A program made the position numbers and the translations under genes. 64,000 bases of DNA from Myxococcota bacterium. Its GTDB lineage: Bacteria; Myxococcota_A; UBA9160; SZUA-336. The notes under the pieces are model-generated. The model made no database searches and was not told where the DNA came from. It saw only the letters and a program-made list of their open reading frames with translations. The stretch is taken from the NCBI GenBank assembly GCA_965247115.1, contig CBDFGR010000002.1, positions 864,001 through 928,000 on the forward strand, read 5' to 3'. Below, in pieces: positions 8,241-17,811 of the stretch. Positions within the stretch are counted from its first letter, which is position 1, and each line of letters opens with the position of its first letter.

Positions 8241-10295
8241 TTGCGCCTCTTCTCGCATCGCAAACGCTCGGCCGCGGCCGGTCCGTTACCAACGGAGCGA
8301 CTGCCCCGGAGAGCCTCGACTGAGGTCTGCCACCCTCTTCCACCTGCGCCACGGGAAGCGGCCGCGCCCGGACCGTGGTGTTATGCCGAAGTCGTGGGCC
8401 CCATCGCCGATGTCTTCCGCGTCTGTCGTCACGCCACGCAGGCGTCGTCTGAGGCACCGATGCCGAGCCTGCAAGCAGCCGTGGACAATCTCAAGGGGTA
8501 CGCGTTCTTCCTCGACGCGGACATGGTCGGGATCTGTTCCGTGCCACGCGACGCCTGGCGCGCCTCTCCGATCCAGGGCCACACGCACGCCCTCGCGGTT
8601 CTTGTCGCCCATCGCAGGCAGATCCGACTCGCCGAGCCGGGCTTCGACTGGATTGCTGGATCGCAGCAAGTAGCGGCCGACATGAGGGCGATGGAGGTCG
8701 CCACAGTCCTGGCCCGCTACATCGGAACGTTGAGTCACGCGGCGACGGCACATACCACCGCGGAAAGCGACGTGGACCTTCACCACGTAGCGCTCGAAGC
8801 GGGCTTGGTCGAGGTCGGCAAGAACGGACTCACGAATCCATTGCTGCGGAGCGGCTACGGGCTGGCGGTGGTCACCACCAGCTTCGATCTCCCAGCCGAT
8901 CGGGCGCTCGCGCCTCGTTCGCCTCTCGAGAACGTCAAAATCCAGTCCGCGTACAGCATCGGCCTGGGCGGGACGCGGGCGAGGTGGCGCAAGCTCGACG
9001 GCCAGGATCGGCCCTGGCATCTCGGCAAGTACCCGATGGAGAAGATCCAGCGTCGGGACGAGACGACGACCCTCATCATCGACGAGGAAGTCCAACGCGT
9101 GCCGGCGAGGCAGAACTTCTTCAGACGCGCGGGCGCAGGAGATCTAGGCCCGCGACCCATGAAGGAGGTCAGGCGCTTCATTGCGAAAGCACCCCATGGT
9201 CTCGCCTCGGCAGACATGCTGGGCCGCCTGAGCCAGCTGCGGGACGGCGAAACGGCAGAGAAGCAGGCTCCGGGTTGCGAGGATCTCGACCGCAATCGCG
9301 ATGCTGTGAAGGCACTCGGGCACTTCCTGGGCGCTGACATGACCGGCGTCTGCGAAGCTCCCCTCCACGCCTGGTACTCGCACCGCGGCGACGGGTCCGA
9401 GATCGTCCCCTGCCACAAGAACGCCATCGTGTTCGTTCTCGACCAGGGCTACGAGACCATGGAGGGGGCGAGCGGCGATGACTGGATCAGCGGTGCCCAA
9501 TCAATGCGAGCCTACCTGAGGGCCGCAATCATCGCGTCGACCCTGGCCGCTCACCTTCGACGCCTGGGATTCTCGGCCCACTCGTACAGCAGCGTGACCG
9601 ACGACCTCAACCACATTCCGCTGCTGCTCCGCGCTGGAATCGGAGAGCTGGTTCTGAACCCCTTCGTCGGGCCTCGCTTCAAGTCCGGTGTGGTCACGAC
9701 GGACTTTCCCATGACTCCGGACAGACCGATCGACTTCGGCCTCCAGGACTTCTGCAGCAAGTGCAACAAGTGCGCGCGGGAGTGTCCAGTGGACGCGATT
9801 CGCTTCGGTGAGAAGACCATGTTCAACGGCTACGAGATGTGGAAGCCGGACGTTCAGCGCTGCGCCTCGTACCGGACCACGAATCAGCGTGGCTCGGCCT
9901 GTGGGCGCTGCATGAAGACCTGCCCGTACAACGCCGAGGGTGTGCTGGCGGAGCGGCCTTTCCAATGGGCGGCGATCAAGCTTCCCTTTGCTCGCAGCTG
10001 GATCGCGCGGCTGGACGACAAAGTGCGCAACGGCTCGATCAATCCGCTGAAGAAGTGGTGGGTCGACATCGAGGTCATCGACGGTCAGCCCGTCGAACCA
10101 CCCAAGGGTGCGAATCGCAGAGAGCTCAGCTTGGAGGCCAAGGTTCGCAAGGACGACAGCTTTGCCATGTTCCCGCCGGAAATCGCGCCGGGTGCGGACC
10201 AAGCCGGGACCTTCCCTATCGATCGCAAGGCGGGGCTTGATGCGGCGCGCAATGCAGAGACCCCGGCGGAGGCGCGGAGGCGCATCAAGAGCTGA
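8241..10295 (+). CDS. rdhA: Catabolic (non-respiratory, NpRdhA-type) cobalamin/Fe-S reductive dehalogenase
   Basis: MRLFS.R.R...GPLP.ERL N-terminus, duplicated B12-type domain (FLDADMVGIC / FLGADMTGVC), DQGYETMEGASGDDWISGAQSMRAY, NPFVGPRFKS, CSKCNKCARECP and C..ACGRCMKTCP; no Tat signal; TTG start. Confidence 0.88.
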   Translation: MRLFSHRKRSAAAGPLPTERLPRRASTEVCHPLPPAPREAAAPGPWCYAEVVGPIADVFRVCRHATQASSEAPMPSLQAAVDNLKGYAFFLDADMVGICSVPRDAWRASPIQGHTHALAVLVAHRRQIRLAEPGFDWIAGSQQVAADMRAMEVATVLARYIGTLSHAATAHTTAESDVDLHHVALEAGLVEVGKNGLTNPLLRSGYGLAVVTTSFDLPADRALAPRSPLENVKIQSAYSIGLGGTRARWRKLDGQDRPWHLGKYPMEKIQRRDETTTLIIDEEVQRVPARQNFFRRAGAGDLGPRPMKEVRRFIAKAPHGLASADMLGRLSQLRDGETAEKQAPGCEDLDRNRDAVKALGHFLGADMTGVCEAPLHAWYSHRGDGSEIVPCHKNAIVFVLDQGYETMEGASGDDWISGAQSMRAYLRAAIIASTLAAHLRRLGFSAHSYSSVTDDLNHIPLLLRAGIGELVLNPFVGPRFKSGVVTTDFPMTPDRPIDFGLQDFCSKCNKCARECPVDAIRFGEKTMFNGYEMWKPDVQRCASYRTTNQRGSACGRCMKTCPYNAEGVLAERPFQWAAIKLPFARSWIARLDDKVRNGSINPLKKWWVDIEVIDGQPVEPPKGANRRELSLEAKVRKDDSFAMFPPEIAPGADQAGTFPIDRKAGLDAARNAETPAEARRRIKS

Positions 10296-11469
10296 CAGAC
10301 GGAGAGAACGAGTCGCTTTTTACAAAGTCCGCGATGCAGCGGAGTGTTGCCATGGTGATGGAAGGTACGACGCTCATCATGAGATCCCCTCCATGAACTG
10401 TCCCCATCACCTGTCTGCATTGAGCATCTACTCCAGCCGAGATGGCCGTCCGGTAGAAGGCGATCCCTTCATCTCTCAGAGGGTCACACTCGTTGACAGA
10501 GATGACGCAGCGACAGAGGCCACGGAGGTCATCGCGAGTAGCAAAGCCAGGCCAGGCCAGTATGTCCTTTCGGTCGTGGGCGTCCTGGCCATAAGCCAGA
10601 GCGCCGTTGCCGCCTCCCATCGATAGGAACAGACCGTTGTTCACACGATCCAGGTGCGAGTCGCCGAGTGCTCCCTCGTGAGTGACCTCTTGCGGCCACG
10701 ATCCGGCGATGTAGGGACACATCGAGAAGAAGCCCTTGGGAAGAAGCTCAGCCTGGGAACCCTCCCGGAGGGCTTTCAGTGCCACAGCAATGGTCAGGTT
10801 TCCGCCGCCGGACTCGCCCGCTACGCACACTTGAGCGCGGTCAATGCCGAGGTCATCGGCGTGGTCGTGTACCCAGCACAGACCGGAGTAACAATCATTC
10901 AGGCCCCCGGGAAAGGGCGACAGATCCGGGGTGGAAGAAGGTGTAGTGCTGTTCCTGAAGTCCACCATCATCACCGCAACGCCAAAATGCCTGGCCAGCA
11001 TCCTGTCAATGCACTTGTACATAGGGTCATCTATGGACCCTGACGCCATTCCCCCTCCGTGAATGTAATAAACGAGAGGAAGAGCACCCTCGTTACTACT
11101 GCTACGAGTCAATCTCATCTTGATCGCGTTGTTGTCCGGCTGGGAGGTTATGTCCGTATCCGTGATCTCCAGCCCTTCCTTGCTCCAAAGAGCCCTCACC
11201 TCGTCGGACGGCCGAGGTGCATTGAGACCCAACTGCTCCATGGGGTCATGGCGAGTCGCGTTTCTTGCTCTGACAAGGTCCTCGCGAGTCTCGTATTGGA
11301 CCTCCTCGGAGTGAGGTAACGTCTTAAAGTCGGCGAACATCGACTTGATGCGAGGGTCGATGCGCGGATCCTCCTGCATGTTTGCGGGGTTTGGAAGACG
11401 CGGATCAGTCCGTGGGTTCTGAGTGTCATTGTTAGAAGCCATGCCCCAGAGCATATGGGCAACAAACAA
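10285..11469 (-). CDS. Alpha/beta hydrolase, HSL-family esterase
   Basis: HGGG oxyanion motif, GESGG nucleophile, ECDPLRDEG, terminal HG; the start may instead be 11442 (MASNND). Confidence 0.9.
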   Translation of the reverse strand: MFVAHMLWGMASNNDTQNPRTDPRLPNPANMQEDPRIDPRIKSMFADFKTLPHSEEVQYETREDLVRARNATRHDPMEQLGLNAPRPSDEVRALWSKEGLEITDTDITSQPDNNAIKMRLTRSSSNEGALPLVYYIHGGGMASGSIDDPMYKCIDRMLARHFGVAVMMVDFRNSTTPSSTPDLSPFPGGLNDCYSGLCWVHDHADDLGIDRAQVCVAGESGGGNLTIAVALKALREGSQAELLPKGFFSMCPYIAGSWPQEVTHEGALGDSHLDRVNNGLFLSMGGGNGALAYGQDAHDRKDILAWPGFATRDDLRGLCRCVISVNECDPLRDEGIAFYRTAISAGVDAQCRQVMGTVHGGDLMMSVVPSITMATLRCIADFVKSDSFSPSVSS

Positions 11470-11537
11470 GGTTTTCCAGCCGGTAGTCTATGCCCCATTG
11501 TGGATGGGTCGTACCCAATTGTGGTGGAGAGTCAGCA

Positions 11538-11867
11538 GTGGCGTTTGACGAAGGAGTGGCCGAACGGCTGCGCGAAATATTCGATGGCCAGCCGGATATC
11601 GTTGAACAGAAGATGTTTGGCGGAATTGCGTTCATGCATTCGGGGAACATGTGCTGTGGAATCGTCAACGACGTCCTGATGGCACGAGTGGGTCCAGACG
11701 CCTACCCGGACGCACTGACGAGACCTTACGCACGCGAAATGGACTTTACCGGGAGATCGATGAAGGGGTTCGTCTACGTCGATCCGGACGGCTTTGCCGA
11801 GGATGATCAACTACGTGAGTGGGTGAGTCTCAGTCTGGCGTTTACTGCCTCGCTGCCGGCAAAATAG
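11538..11867 (+). CDS. TfoX/Sxy N-terminal domain protein
   Basis: MAFDEGVAERLR, KMFGGIAFM..GNMCCG, MDFTGRSMKGFVYV; GGAG upstream of GTG 11538. Confidence 0.85.
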   Translation: MAFDEGVAERLREIFDGQPDIVEQKMFGGIAFMHSGNMCCGIVNDVLMARVGPDAYPDALTRPYAREMDFTGRSMKGFVYVDPDGFAEDDQLREWVSLSLAFTASLPAK

Positions 11868-11919
11868 ATTCACCCCATGAAAACTGACGCGTGGGGTAGC
11901 CTGGGCACAGGAGGATGTC

Positions 11920-12702
11920 ATGAAGAAGGTTCTCTTCGAGAAGCGCGGGGCCGTGGCGTACGTCACGATCAACCGCCCCGAGCGCCTGAACGCCTGTGAC
12001 TTCGAGACGTACGGCTTGCTCAACGACGCCTGGCGTCGCGTGGAAGAAGACGCCGAGGTTCGCGTCGCCCTCTTCACGGGCGCCGGAGAACGCGCGTTCT
12101 GCGCCGGGAGTGACGTCAAGTCTGACTACATCGACAGCGGGGGTGGCCGCCGCGCCGCGGACCGGCGGGACGACGCAAGCGACGCCTTTCCGGGGCTGGC
12201 GAGGGTCCGCAAGCCGATCATCTGTGCGATCAACGGTCACGCGAACGGCGGCGGCCTGGAGCAAGCGCTGGCGTGCGACATCCGCGTGGCGTCCGAGCAC
12301 GCGCAGTTTGGCCTGGGCGAGGTTCGGCTCGGCTGGCTCCCCGGCGGGGGCGGTACCCAGCGGCTCCCCCGCATCTTGCCACTCGGGCGCGCACTCGAGT
12401 TGCTCTACACCGGCAATCGCATCGACGCGGCCGAGGCCCTGCGGCTCGGCCTGGTGGACCACGTGGTGCCGCTCGCCGAGCTCATGTCGAAGGCCGAGTC
12501 AATCGCGGACGAGATCTGCAAGAGCGCGCCCTTGGCGGTACAGCGCATCAAGGAGGTCGCGCTGCGCGGACTCGACTTGCCGCTCGAGTCGGCGCTTCAG
12601 CTCGAGAACGAGGGGTTTCGCTGGCTGATGCAGACCGAGGATGCCATCGAGGGTGCCCTTGCGTTCGCCGAGAAGCGTCCGCCGCGCTGGAGCGGTAAGT
12701 AG
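11920..12702 (+). CDS. Enoyl-CoA hydratase/isomerase
   Basis: INRPERLNA, AFCAGSD, GGGLEQALACDIR, AFAEKRPPRW; RBS GGAGGA. Confidence 0.93.
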   Translation: MKKVLFEKRGAVAYVTINRPERLNACDFETYGLLNDAWRRVEEDAEVRVALFTGAGERAFCAGSDVKSDYIDSGGGRRAADRRDDASDAFPGLARVRKPIICAINGHANGGGLEQALACDIRVASEHAQFGLGEVRLGWLPGGGGTQRLPRILPLGRALELLYTGNRIDAAEALRLGLVDHVVPLAELMSKAESIADEICKSAPLAVQRIKEVALRGLDLPLESALQLENEGFRWLMQTEDAIEGALAFAEKRPPRWSGK

Positions 12703-12787
12703 GACCGTCTCCTCTGTTGGCCTGTGGCCGGTATGATGATAGATCAGTCCTCGTAGAGACCCATAGCAGCGGACTTCGGAGGAGCGA

Positions 12788-14830
12788 ATGCCGAATCTCA
12801 GAGTAGCCGTCGACATCGGCGGTACGTTCACCGATATCTGCATCCTGGACGAGTCGACGGGGAAGATTCGGGTAGCCAAGACCGGCTCGACCCCGGACGA
12901 CCCGCTAGAGGGAGCCATGAAGGGGCTCCAGGATGCCAGCGTGGATCTGTCGGAGGTGACGCTCCTCTCCCACGGCACCACCATCGCGACCAACGCACTG
13001 ATCACGCGGCGCTTTCCACCCGCCGCGATGGTGTGCACGCGGGGCTACCGCGACGTGATCGAGATCCGGCGCGCCAACAAGGAAGATCTCTGGGACCTCT
13101 ACAAGGACGTCGCGCAGCCCTATGTCCGCCGCCGAGACCGGCTGGTCGTGAGCGAGCGCGTCGATCACGCGGGCCGCGTCGTCGAGCCACTCGACGAGGC
13201 CGAAGCGCGCGAGGTCGCGCGCATCCTCGGCAAGCGCGGCGTTCGCTCCATCGCCGTCTGCTTCATGAATTCCTTCATGAATCCCGCACACGAGCTACGC
13301 ATGAAGGAGATCCTCGCCGAGGCGCTGCCCGAGGTGGAGATTTCGACCTCGGCGGAGACCTTGCCCGAGATCTTCGAGCACGAACGCTTCTCCACGACGG
13401 TGGTGAACTCGATTCTGAGCCCAGTGGTCGGCAGCTACGTGACGCGCATGAGCGAGCAGCTGCGAGAAGGCGGCTACAAGAGCGACCTGCTGATGCTCCA
13501 CAGCGGCGGCGGCGTGATGACGGCCTCCACCGCGAGGCGCTTTGCCGGCCGCCTGGCGGGCTCCGGCATCGCGGCCGGCGCCATCGCCAGCCGGCACATC
13601 GCAAGGCTCTGTGGCTACGAGGACTCGATCGGCCTCGACATGGGCGGCACCAGCTGCGACGTCTCCCTGGTCTCCCGCGGCGAGTCCCGGGTGACCAAGG
13701 ACTGGCAGATCGAATTCGGCTATCCGATCCGCTTTCCCAGCATCGAGGTCCTGACGATCGGCGCCGGCGGCGGCTCTCTGGCGCAGATCGACGCGGCCGG
13801 CTCACTGCGAAGTGGCCCGGAATCTGCCGGAGCCGATCCGGGCCCAGCCTGCTACGGCCGCGGCAACCAGGTGCCCACCACGACGGACGCCAACGTCTTG
13901 CTCGGCCGGCTCGGAACCTCGCTCGCCGGCGGTCAGATCACTCTGGATCGCGCGGCCGCGGAGATCGCAGTCCGTCTGGGCGTGGGAGAACCGCTGAAGC
14001 TGGATAATGATGCCGCCGCCAAGGCGATCATCAGCGTCGCCAACGCGAACATGGCGGACGCCGTGCGCCTGATCTCGATCGGCCGCGGTTACGATCCGCG
14101 TGACTTTGCCCTGGTTGCGTTTGGCGGCGCCGGGGCCCTGCACGGCGCCGCACTCGCGGCAGAGCTCTCGATTCCCACCGTGATCATCCCACCGAACCCC
14201 GGTGTGACCTCCGCCCTGGGTTGCCTGCTGGTCGACATCCGCCACGACCTCGCCCATAGCTACCTCAAGCCCGCGGCAGAGGCCGATGTTGCGGACATCG
14301 AAGCGCGCTTCGCCGAGCTGGAGCGGGAGGCTCACATTCGACTCGAAAAGGAGGACGTAGCCCCCGAGAACATGGCGCTGCAGCGCTCGATCGACATGAT
14401 GTACCAGGGACAGTGGCGCTCGCTGAGCGTTCCGGTGGGCGCGCCCTTCGAGTCGATCGAGAGCGCGACCGAGGCGTTCCACCGCGACCACGAGCGGGAG
14501 TACGCCTATCGGCGAGACGACGCGCCGATCGATCTCTTCCGTCTCAACCTCTCCGCGGTGGGCATCACTCCCAAGGCGGAGCTGGTCCGACACGCGGGTA
14601 ACGGCTCGAAGCCCAGGCCTTGGGGCAAGCGTCTGGTGAGCTTCCACGGGCTCGAGCGCGCTGTGGAGAGCCCGATCTTTCTGCACGACGAGCTTCCGGC
14701 CGGCGGTCTGATCGAGGGCCCAGCCGTCATCGAGCAGCTCGACTCGACGACGCTGATCCCGCCAGGGGTCCGAGCGGAGACGGACGAGTGGCTCAATCTG
14801 AGAATCCACGTCGCGGAGGCGAAGCGATGA
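12788..14830 (+). CDS. Hydantoinase/5-oxoprolinase subunit A (ATP-dependent lactamase alpha subunit)
   Basis: DIGGTFTD, HGTTIATN, DMGGTSCD, IGAGGGS, GPESAGADPGPACY. Confidence 0.93.
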   Translation: MPNLRVAVDIGGTFTDICILDESTGKIRVAKTGSTPDDPLEGAMKGLQDASVDLSEVTLLSHGTTIATNALITRRFPPAAMVCTRGYRDVIEIRRANKEDLWDLYKDVAQPYVRRRDRLVVSERVDHAGRVVEPLDEAEAREVARILGKRGVRSIAVCFMNSFMNPAHELRMKEILAEALPEVEISTSAETLPEIFEHERFSTTVVNSILSPVVGSYVTRMSEQLREGGYKSDLLMLHSGGGVMTASTARRFAGRLAGSGIAAGAIASRHIARLCGYEDSIGLDMGGTSCDVSLVSRGESRVTKDWQIEFGYPIRFPSIEVLTIGAGGGSLAQIDAAGSLRSGPESAGADPGPACYGRGNQVPTTTDANVLLGRLGTSLAGGQITLDRAAAEIAVRLGVGEPLKLDNDAAAKAIISVANANMADAVRLISIGRGYDPRDFALVAFGGAGALHGAALAAELSIPTVIIPPNPGVTSALGCLLVDIRHDLAHSYLKPAAEADVADIEARFAELEREAHIRLEKEDVAPENMALQRSIDMMYQGQWRSLSVPVGAPFESIESATEAFHRDHEREYAYRRDDAPIDLFRLNLSAVGITPKAELVRHAGNGSKPRPWGKRLVSFHGLERAVESPIFLHDELPAGGLIEGPAVIEQLDSTTLIPPGVRAETDEWLNLRIHVAEAKR

Positions 14831-16818
14831 GCCAGCAGTACACGGGAAGTTCACTCGATCCGGTCACGTTCGAAGTTCTCAAGAACTCGTTCATCACGAC
14901 CGTGGACCAGATGGCCGAGCAGGTTCTCAGGACCTGCTACTCCTTCGTCATCTACAACCGCGATTTCTCCTCCGCGCTGAACGACGCGAACGGTGATTCC
15001 GTCGCCCAGGGGAACATGGATCTCGCCGCCCACGTGGGCACCCTGCACTACACCTGCAAGGAAGTGATCCGCTTCTTCTCGGGCCGGATGAAGCCCGGTG
15101 ATGTCTACATGATCAACGATCCATACGCTGGCGGGACCCACTTCAACGACGTCCGGTTGATCCGACCGATCTTCGTGCACGACGAGCTCATCGGCTTCAG
15201 CCAGTCCAACGGTCACTGGTCCGACATCGGCGGGAGCGTGCCGGGGTCCTTCGACGTGCTGGCCAAGGAGATGTTCCGCGAGGGCGTGCGCATCACGCCG
15301 GTTCGCGTCTTCGACGGCGGGGAGTTCCGAGACGACGTGGCGCACCTGATCGCCGCCAACACGCGCGATCCCGTTTCGGTGATCGGAGACATGCGCGCCC
15401 AGGCCGAGGCGACGCGGGTGGCCGAGAGGGAGATCCAGAGGCTCGTGGAGAAGTACGGCGTGAAGACCGTGCTCAGCGGCTTTGCGGAGGTACAGGACTA
15501 CGTCGAGCGCGCCACCCGCCAGCGGATCGCCGAGGTTCCCGACGGGACCTGGGAGAGCGAGGACTACATCGACCGCGACCCGGCGGGCGAGGAAGGACTG
15601 ATTCCGATCAAGGTCAAGCTGACCATCCAGGGAGACGAGGTCACCTACGACTTCACGGGCAGCCACCCGACCATCGAAACGCTCTACAACTCCGCTTTCG
15701 GGGGCACCTTCTCGGCGATCGTGTCGGGCATGAAGACCTTCTTTCCCGATCTGCCACTGAACTCCGGCTTCTATCGGCCGATCAAGCTAGTGGTGCCGGA
15801 GGACACCGTGGTGTCTGCGCGCTGGCCTGTGGCGGTGACCGGGTTCATCATGCCCTTCGAGAAGATCATGAACGCGACCTACGAGATCTGGTCGCAGATC
15901 GTGCCGGAGCGCGCGGTCGCCTGCAGCTTCAACATCGAATATCTGCTGACCGGAGGGCGCGACACGCGGTCCGCGGAGAAGCCGACCTTCATGTTCTACG
16001 ATTGGCTTCCCGGCGGCTGGGGCGGGCGCAACGGCCTGGACGGGTGCAACGTCACGACCGCTTGTTTCGGCACGGGCCTGATGACGCAGCCAGTCGAGGG
16101 GCAGGAGCGGCTCAACCCGATCTTGGCGAACGAGTGCCAGCTCCTCACGGACTCCGCGGGGCCAGGGAAATGGCGGGGCGGCGTCGGCCTGGTCAAGACC
16201 AGCACGATCGGCGCCGCGGAACGCACGGTGATCTCCTACATCTGTGACCGCGAGCGCGCGATCGTCTGGGGGACCGAGGGCGGGCTGCCCTCCATGCCCC
16301 AGGGGCTCTGGCTCCAGCGTGCGGGCTCGGACAAGCGCGATTGGCTCGGGTCGATGTTCTCCGACGTTCCGATCGGGTCAGGAGACGTCTTCAGCCGACC
16401 CACCGCGGGCGGCGGTGGCCTCGGCGATCCGCTGGAGCGCGACCCCGAGGCCGTGATGCGGGACGTCGAGGACGACTACGTGTCCATCGGGCGGGCGAAA
16501 CGGGACTACGGCGTGGTGCTCGACATCGTGGACGCGGATCTCGCGCAGTACTCGATCGACCTCGAGGCGACGCGGGCCGAGCGCGCTCGGATTGCCGGAG
16601 CGCGCAAGGGCTGGCTGAAAGAAGACCCGGAGCAGGTGGCGAAGCGCTACCGAGAAGACGAGCTCAATCAGCTCGACCTGGTGCGCCGTTACGGCGTGAT
16701 CGTCGACTGGGGCAGTGGGGAGCTGCTGCCCAAGACCACCGCGCAGTTTCGCGAGATGATGCAGAGGCGCTCCGCCTCCCACTGGAACGGCGCCCCGGCC
16801 ACGCGGGCGACGTCGTGA
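14827..16818 (+). CDS. Hydantoinase B/oxoprolinase subunit B
   Basis: ATGA overlap with subunit A; LDPVTFEVL, NDPYAGGTHFND, HWSDIGG, GGGGLGDPLERDP. Confidence 0.93.
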   Translation: MSQQYTGSSLDPVTFEVLKNSFITTVDQMAEQVLRTCYSFVIYNRDFSSALNDANGDSVAQGNMDLAAHVGTLHYTCKEVIRFFSGRMKPGDVYMINDPYAGGTHFNDVRLIRPIFVHDELIGFSQSNGHWSDIGGSVPGSFDVLAKEMFREGVRITPVRVFDGGEFRDDVAHLIAANTRDPVSVIGDMRAQAEATRVAEREIQRLVEKYGVKTVLSGFAEVQDYVERATRQRIAEVPDGTWESEDYIDRDPAGEEGLIPIKVKLTIQGDEVTYDFTGSHPTIETLYNSAFGGTFSAIVSGMKTFFPDLPLNSGFYRPIKLVVPEDTVVSARWPVAVTGFIMPFEKIMNATYEIWSQIVPERAVACSFNIEYLLTGGRDTRSAEKPTFMFYDWLPGGWGGRNGLDGCNVTTACFGTGLMTQPVEGQERLNPILANECQLLTDSAGPGKWRGGVGLVKTSTIGAAERTVISYICDRERAIVWGTEGGLPSMPQGLWLQRAGSDKRDWLGSMFSDVPIGSGDVFSRPTAGGGGLGDPLERDPEAVMRDVEDDYVSIGRAKRDYGVVLDIVDADLAQYSIDLEATRAERARIAGARKGWLKEDPEQVAKRYREDELNQLDLVRRYGVIVDWGSGELLPKTTAQFREMMQRRSASHWNGAPATRATS

Positions 16819-17801
16819 TGGGCGAGGAAACCACGACGATCGCATCTGCCTCTCACCGTCAGACCCGCTACAGCCCGGCGCCGCAGCTCACGTCGGCCAA
16901 GGCCTTGCCACTGCCACCGCCCACAGCGAACCTCGAGCAGGCCCTGCAGGACATTCGAGAGTACGGAGTCTGCCAGCTGACGGATGTGCTGCAGACAGCG
17001 GAGGTCGAGACGCTGCGCGCCATGCTCGACCAGCAGGCCGCCGCCGAGCGGGCGCTTGGCGAGCTTGCGCCACCGACCGGCCAGGAAAACAAGCAGGGGA
17101 TCTCGAACATGGTGAACAAGGGAGCCGTGTTCCTCGACCTGCTCGAGCGCCCCGAGGTCGACCCTCTTGCCGGAATGATGCTGGGCAAGAGCTTCTTGCT
17201 GTCGAGCCTTACGGGCGGGACGTACCACGGACCAACGCACGAGCCGCAACCCCTGCACCGCGACCAGGGACAAGTGCCGGCGACGGTGGATTTCCCGGCT
17301 GCGTGTATCCTGTTCTGGCTCCTCGATGACTTCACGCCCGAACGCGGCAGCACCTGGTTCGTCCCCGGCAGCCATCGCTGGCAGGCCGAGCATCTGGTCG
17401 AGGCGCCCCCGCGGGAGATGGCCGTTCAGAACGAGGCGCCGGCGGGCAGCCTGGTTGTGTGGGACGGAAGGATCTGGCACGGCGCTGGCGCCAACAGGGA
17501 AGGCCACAGCCGGCGCCACATCGCGACCTTCTTCTGTCTGCCCTGGATGCGCCAGCAAGAGAACTGGGGTGTCTCGTGCCTGCAGGAGGTCTTGGACGAG
17601 GCCAGTCCCAAGCTCAAGGCGCGTCTGGGCCTGCAGACCTATGGCACGCTTGGCGGCGTGAACGGCACTGCGACTGGAGACAGGAGATCCGGCTTGGGGA
17701 ACGCGCCGGTCGAGTTCCCCGAGTACATCATCGGCGAGGCCGAAACCCTCCACCCGCTGCGCCGCGTAACGCGCGCCATCCGCGCAGACGGTCAGTCGTA
17801 G
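16818..17801 (+). CDS. Phytanoyl-CoA dioxygenase (PhyH) family Fe/2-OG dioxygenase
   Basis: TGATG overlap with upstream stop; QPLHRDQ, GSTWFVPGSH, WHGAGAN, WMRQQENW. Confidence 0.87.
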   Translation: MGEETTTIASASHRQTRYSPAPQLTSAKALPLPPPTANLEQALQDIREYGVCQLTDVLQTAEVETLRAMLDQQAAAERALGELAPPTGQENKQGISNMVNKGAVFLDLLERPEVDPLAGMMLGKSFLLSSLTGGTYHGPTHEPQPLHRDQGQVPATVDFPAACILFWLLDDFTPERGSTWFVPGSHRWQAEHLVEAPPREMAVQNEAPAGSLVVWDGRIWHGAGANREGHSRRHIATFFCLPWMRQQENWGVSCLQEVLDEASPKLKARLGLQTYGTLGGVNGTATGDRRSGLGNAPVEFPEYIIGEAETLHPLRRVTRAIRADGQS

Positions 17802-17811
17802 CCGCTGCACC

